DNA from: an uncultured Methylomirabilota bacterium
GTDB taxonomy: Bacteria > Methylomirabilota > Methylomirabilia > Methylomirabilales > 2-02-FULL-66-22
Assembly (NCBI GenBank): GCA_963845565.1
Contig: CAWJSJ010000002.1
Location: 2,304,001 to 2,368,000 of the forward strand
DNA: 64,000 bases
Direction: 5' to 3'
Shown in pieces: positions 60,804 through 64,000 of the stretch; within the stretch, counting starts at the first letter, position 1, and every line of letters starts with the position of its first letter. The notes beneath the pieces are model-generated. The model did not search any database. It saw only the letters and a program-made list of their open reading frames with translations, and was not told the DNA's origin. Both the position numbers and the translations under genes were made by a program.

Positions 60804-60819
60804 GGCCCTGTGGTACTTT
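60791..60819 (+). promoter_or_regulatory. Promoter of rpsO-pnp
   Basis: TTTACA (60791-60796), 17 bp, TACTTT (60814-60819) with extended -10 TG. Confidence 0.6.
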
Positions 60820-60868
60820 GCCCACGTGTTTCGGTTCACTGTTGGGCGCGAAAGGGGGACGAGCGATC

Positions 60869-61138
60869 ATGCCCAAGGATGTCATCAACAAAGGTAACGT
60901 CATCGGTTCGTATCGGCTGCACGAGAAGGACACCGGGTCGCCGGAGGTGCAGATCGCCCTCCTGAGCGGCCGCATCGGCTATCTCACAGAGCACCTCGGT
61001 GTGCACAAGAAGGATCACCACTCGCGCCGCGGCCTCCTCATGATGGTCGGCCGCCGCCGCAAGTTGCTCGACTATTTGAAGAGCAAGGATGTGGCGCGCT
61101 ACAAGCAGGTGATCGAAAGGTTGGGTATCCGCAAATGA
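60869..61138 (+). CDS. rpsO: 30S ribosomal protein S15
   Basis: [23 protein letters not shown]. Confidence 0.98.
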   Translation: MPKDVINKGNVIGSYRLHEKDTGSPEVQIALLSGRIGYLTEHLGVHKKDHHSRRGLLMMVGRRRKLLDYLKSKDVARYKQVIERLGIRK

Positions 61139-63312
61139 CGTATCGGAGCGAGATCGACCTGGGGGGGCGGACCCTCTCCATCGAGGCGGGGCGTGTGGCC
61201 CGCGCCGCGGACGGCGCTGCCTGGGTGCGCTACGGGGACACGGTGGTCCTGGTGACGGCCGTGGCCTCCAAAGAGGCCCGCGAGGGGATCGACTTCTTCC
61301 CCTTGACGGTGGACTATCAGGAACGGGCCTATGCCGCCGGGAAGATCCCCGGCGGGTTCTTCAAGCGCGAGGGGCGCCCGCACGAGAAGGAGACGCTGAC
61401 CTCCCGGCTGATCGACCGGCCGATCCGTCCCTTGTTTCCGCACGGCTACCATCAGGATGTCCAGATCATCGCCACCGTCCTTTCCGCCGATCAGGAGAAC
61501 GACCCCGACGTCTTGGCGGTGGTGGGGGCCTCGGCGGCCCTGACGGTGTCCCAGATTCCATTCCAAGGACCCATCGGCTGCGTCCGGATCGGCCGCATCG
61601 GCGGCCGCCTCGTGGTGAATCCCTCTTACGCCCAGCTTGCCGAAAGCGACATGGATGTCGTCCTGGCCGGCACCAGCGCCGCCGTGGTCATGGTGGAGGG
61701 CGGTGCCAACGAGGCGCCCGAGGAGGCGCTCCTGGAGGGGCTCCTCTTTGGCCACCAGACCCTGCAGGCCATCGTCAAGCTGCAACAGGACCTGGTCCGG
61801 CAGATGGGAGTGGTGAAGCCGCCCTTCGTCGCAACGCCGGTGGACGCTGCCGTGAAGGCGCGAGTGGAAGGCCTGTGTCGCGCCCGCATCCGGGAGCTGG
61901 CGTTCGTGCCCCAGAAGGAAGAACAGAAGGCGCGCCGCCGGACACTGTTGGACGAGGCGCTGGCGACCGTGGCGGCAGAGCCGGCCGCGGTGAAGCTGCA
62001 GGTGACGGAGATCTTCGAGGAATTGGAGAAGCAGGAGATGCGCCGGCTGATCCTGGAGGAGGGGCGACGGGCCGATGGCCGCGCCGTCACCCAGGTCCGC
62101 CCCATCACCTGCGAGACCGGTGTCCTGCCCCGCACGCACGGCTCCGCCATCTTCACGCGGGGCCAGACGCAGGCTCTGGCCACCACGACCCTGGGAACCT
62201 CCGAGGACGAGCAGCGGATGGACGCCCTGGAGGGGGAGAGCAAGAAGCGGTTCATGCTGCACTACAACTTCCCCCCGTTCTCGGTGGGGGAGGTGAAGTT
62301 CATGCGGGGGGCGAGCCGGCGGGATATCGGACACGGGGCGCTGGCGGAGCGGGCCATCCAGCCCGTCCTCCCTGGCAAAGAAGAATTCCCGTACACCGTC
62401 CGGATCGTCTCCGACATCCTGGAGTCGAACGGCTCGTCGTCCATGGCCACGGTCTGCGGGGCGAGCCTGTCCCTGATGGACGCCGGCGTGCCGGTCAAGG
62501 CGGCGGTGGCCGGGGTGGCGATGGGCCTGGTGAAGGAGGGGGACAAGACCGTCGTCCTCACCGACATCCAGGGTCTCGAAGACCACCTGGGCGACATGGA
62601 CTTCAAGGTGGCCGGCACCCGCACCGGGGTCACCTCGATCCAGATGGACATCAAGATCCAGGGAATCACCGAGGCCGTCCTGAAGCAGGCCCTGACGCAG
62701 GCCCGCCAGGCGCGCCTGGAAGTCCTGGACATCATGGAGCGGGCGATCGGCAAGCCGCGCGCCGCGCTCAGCCCGTATGCGCCGCGGATCATCACGTTCA
62801 AGATTCCCACGGATAAGATCCGTGAAGTCATCGGCCCCGGCGGGAAGGTCATCCGCAGCATCGTGGAGCAGACCGGCGTCAAGATCGACATCGAGGACGA
62901 CGGAACGGTGGCCATCGCCTCGGTGGACGAGGCGGCCGCGCGGAAGGCCATGGACATCATCGGGAAGATCGTCGAGGTTCCCGAGGTGGGCAAGGTCTAT
63001 CTGGGTAAGGTCGTCAAGATCATGGAGTTCGGCGCCTTCGTGGAGATCCTGCCCGGCACCGACGGCCTGCTGCACATCTCCCAGATCTCCACGGAGCGGA
63101 TCAAGCGCGTGGAGGACGTCCTCAAGGAAGGGGACGAGCTGCAGGTCAAGGTCCTCGAGGTGGACAGGGCGGGCAAGATTCGCCTCAGTCGGAAGGAGCT
63201 CTTGAAAGACGCCGAAGAGAAGGCCGGCCCCGCACGACCGCCGGAGGGTGGGACCGGATCGCCCCGAGGCGAGGAGCGGCGCCGCGGAGGGACGGGGCCA
63301 TCGGGAACGTAG
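61135..63312 (+). CDS. pnp: Polyribonucleotide nucleotidyltransferase (PNPase)
   Basis: [39 protein letters not shown] and S1 domains. Confidence 0.99.
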   Translation: MTYRSEIDLGGRTLSIEAGRVARAADGAAWVRYGDTVVLVTAVASKEAREGIDFFPLTVDYQERAYAAGKIPGGFFKREGRPHEKETLTSRLIDRPIRPLFPHGYHQDVQIIATVLSADQENDPDVLAVVGASAALTVSQIPFQGPIGCVRIGRIGGRLVVNPSYAQLAESDMDVVLAGTSAAVVMVEGGANEAPEEALLEGLLFGHQTLQAIVKLQQDLVRQMGVVKPPFVATPVDAAVKARVEGLCRARIRELAFVPQKEEQKARRRTLLDEALATVAAEPAAVKLQVTEIFEELEKQEMRRLILEEGRRADGRAVTQVRPITCETGVLPRTHGSAIFTRGQTQALATTTLGTSEDEQRMDALEGESKKRFMLHYNFPPFSVGEVKFMRGASRRDIGHGALAERAIQPVLPGKEEFPYTVRIVSDILESNGSSSMATVCGASLSLMDAGVPVKAAVAGVAMGLVKEGDKTVVLTDIQGLEDHLGDMDFKVAGTRTGVTSIQMDIKIQGITEAVLKQALTQARQARLEVLDIMERAIGKPRAALSPYAPRIITFKIPTDKIREVIGPGGKVIRSIVEQTGVKIDIEDDGTVAIASVDEAAARKAMDIIGKIVEVPEVGKVYLGKVVKIMEFGAFVEILPGTDGLLHISQISTERIKRVEDVLKEGDELQVKVLEVDRAGKIRLSRKELLKDAEEKAGPARPPEGGTGSPRGEERRRGGTGPSGT

Positions 63313-64000
63313 CCGCGCTCTTCGCGAAGACGGTGCTGCCGAACGGCATCGTCATCCTGACGGAACGGATGCCCCACGTGCGTTCCGTCGCGATCGGTCT
63401 GTGGGTCCGGGTTGGCTCCCGCTACGAGCGGGCGGAATGCGCCGGGGTGTCCCATTTCATCGAGCATCTGCTCTTTAAGGGGACCGAGCGCCGCAGCGCC
63501 GAGGACATTGCGAAAGCCATCGATAGCGTCGGCGGGACTCTGGACGCCTTCACCTCCCGCGAGAACACCTGCTTCTACGCCAAGGTCCTCGGAGAGCACC
63601 TGCCCCTGGCCGTGGACCTCCTGAGCGACCTGCTCCTGCACCCCCGCTTGGACCCGGACGATGTGGAGAAAGAGCGGCGGGTCGTCCTGGAAGAGATCAA
63701 GATGGTCGAGGACGACCCGGACGACCTGATCCACGACCTGTTTGCGCAACAGGTGTGGCCAGACCACCCGCTGGGTCGGCCGATCCTGGGAACTCGGCAG
63801 AGCCTCCAAGCCATCGGCCGGCAGGACGTCGTGAAACAGCTCCAAGATTTCTACCAGCCGGATCGGGTGATCGTGGCCGCCGCCGGCGATCTTGAGCACG
63901 GCCGGGTGGTGGATCTGATTCGGGAGGCCCTGGGCGACTGGCGAGGTCAGTCGGTCCCGACCAACGGGGGGTCGCCGGTCAGCTGCCGCACCGTGCACCA
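63300..64000 (+). CDS. M16 (pitrilysin-family) zinc peptidase, 3'-truncated; start uncertain
   Basis: Not in the ORF track; hand translation LFAKTVLPNGIVILTE..VGSRYE..GVSHFIEHLLFKGT (HxxEH); commonly found after pnp. Confidence 0.9.
   Translation, partial: MGNVAALFAKTVLPNGIVILTERMPHVRSVAIGLWVRVGSRYERAECAGVSHFIEHLLFKGTERRSAEDIAKAIDSVGGTLDAFTSRENTCFYAKVLGEHLPLAVDLLSDLLLHPRLDPDDVEKERRVVLEEIKMVEDDPDDLIHDLFAQQVWPDHPLGRPILGTRQSLQAIGRQDVVKQLQDFYQPDRVIVAAAGDLEHGRVVDLIREALGDWRGQSVPTNGGSPVSCRTVH

Overview
A high-GC bacterial chromosome segment. Every supported gene (about 75 CDS and 5 tRNAs) lies on the + strand. Order: (1) a 5'-truncated exported protein built from about 20 beta-hairpin-like 'hhP(L/F)h' repeats, then an MCE/Mla-type ABC system (mlaE-mlaF-mlaD); (2) radA-carD-PIN/TRAM-ispD-ispF-cysS-rlmB; (3) three accessory genes (FAH-family hydrolase, MltF-like lytic transglycosylase, mono-heme cytochrome c); (4) the tRNA-Thr/Tyr/Gly/Thr-tuf cluster, interrupted by a TPR-metallopeptidase gene; (5) rpmG-tRNA-Trp-secE-nusG-rplKAJL-rpoBC; (6) the str, S10, spc and alpha ribosomal-protein operons, including a second, apparently identical tuf; (7) an EF-G2 paralogue preceded by a possible leader peptide/attenuator; (8) rimP-nusA-ylxR-infB-DUF503-rbfA-nrnA-truB-ribF-rpsO-pnp and a 3'-truncated M16 peptidase. 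No rRNA, CRISPR array, integrase or transposase was seen. The lineage cannot be fixed from this window alone. An MCE system together with Firmicutes-like synteny would fit a deep-branching diderm such as Methylomirabilota, but this is low-confidence inference. The best candidates for novelty are the repeat-protein/MCE envelope module, the peptidase gene inside the tRNA operon, the uORF-terminator ahead of EF-G2, a tRNA-Trp with a 4-bp anticodon stem, and heptamer palindromes flanking ispD. All calls were made by eye from motifs; no database searches were run.
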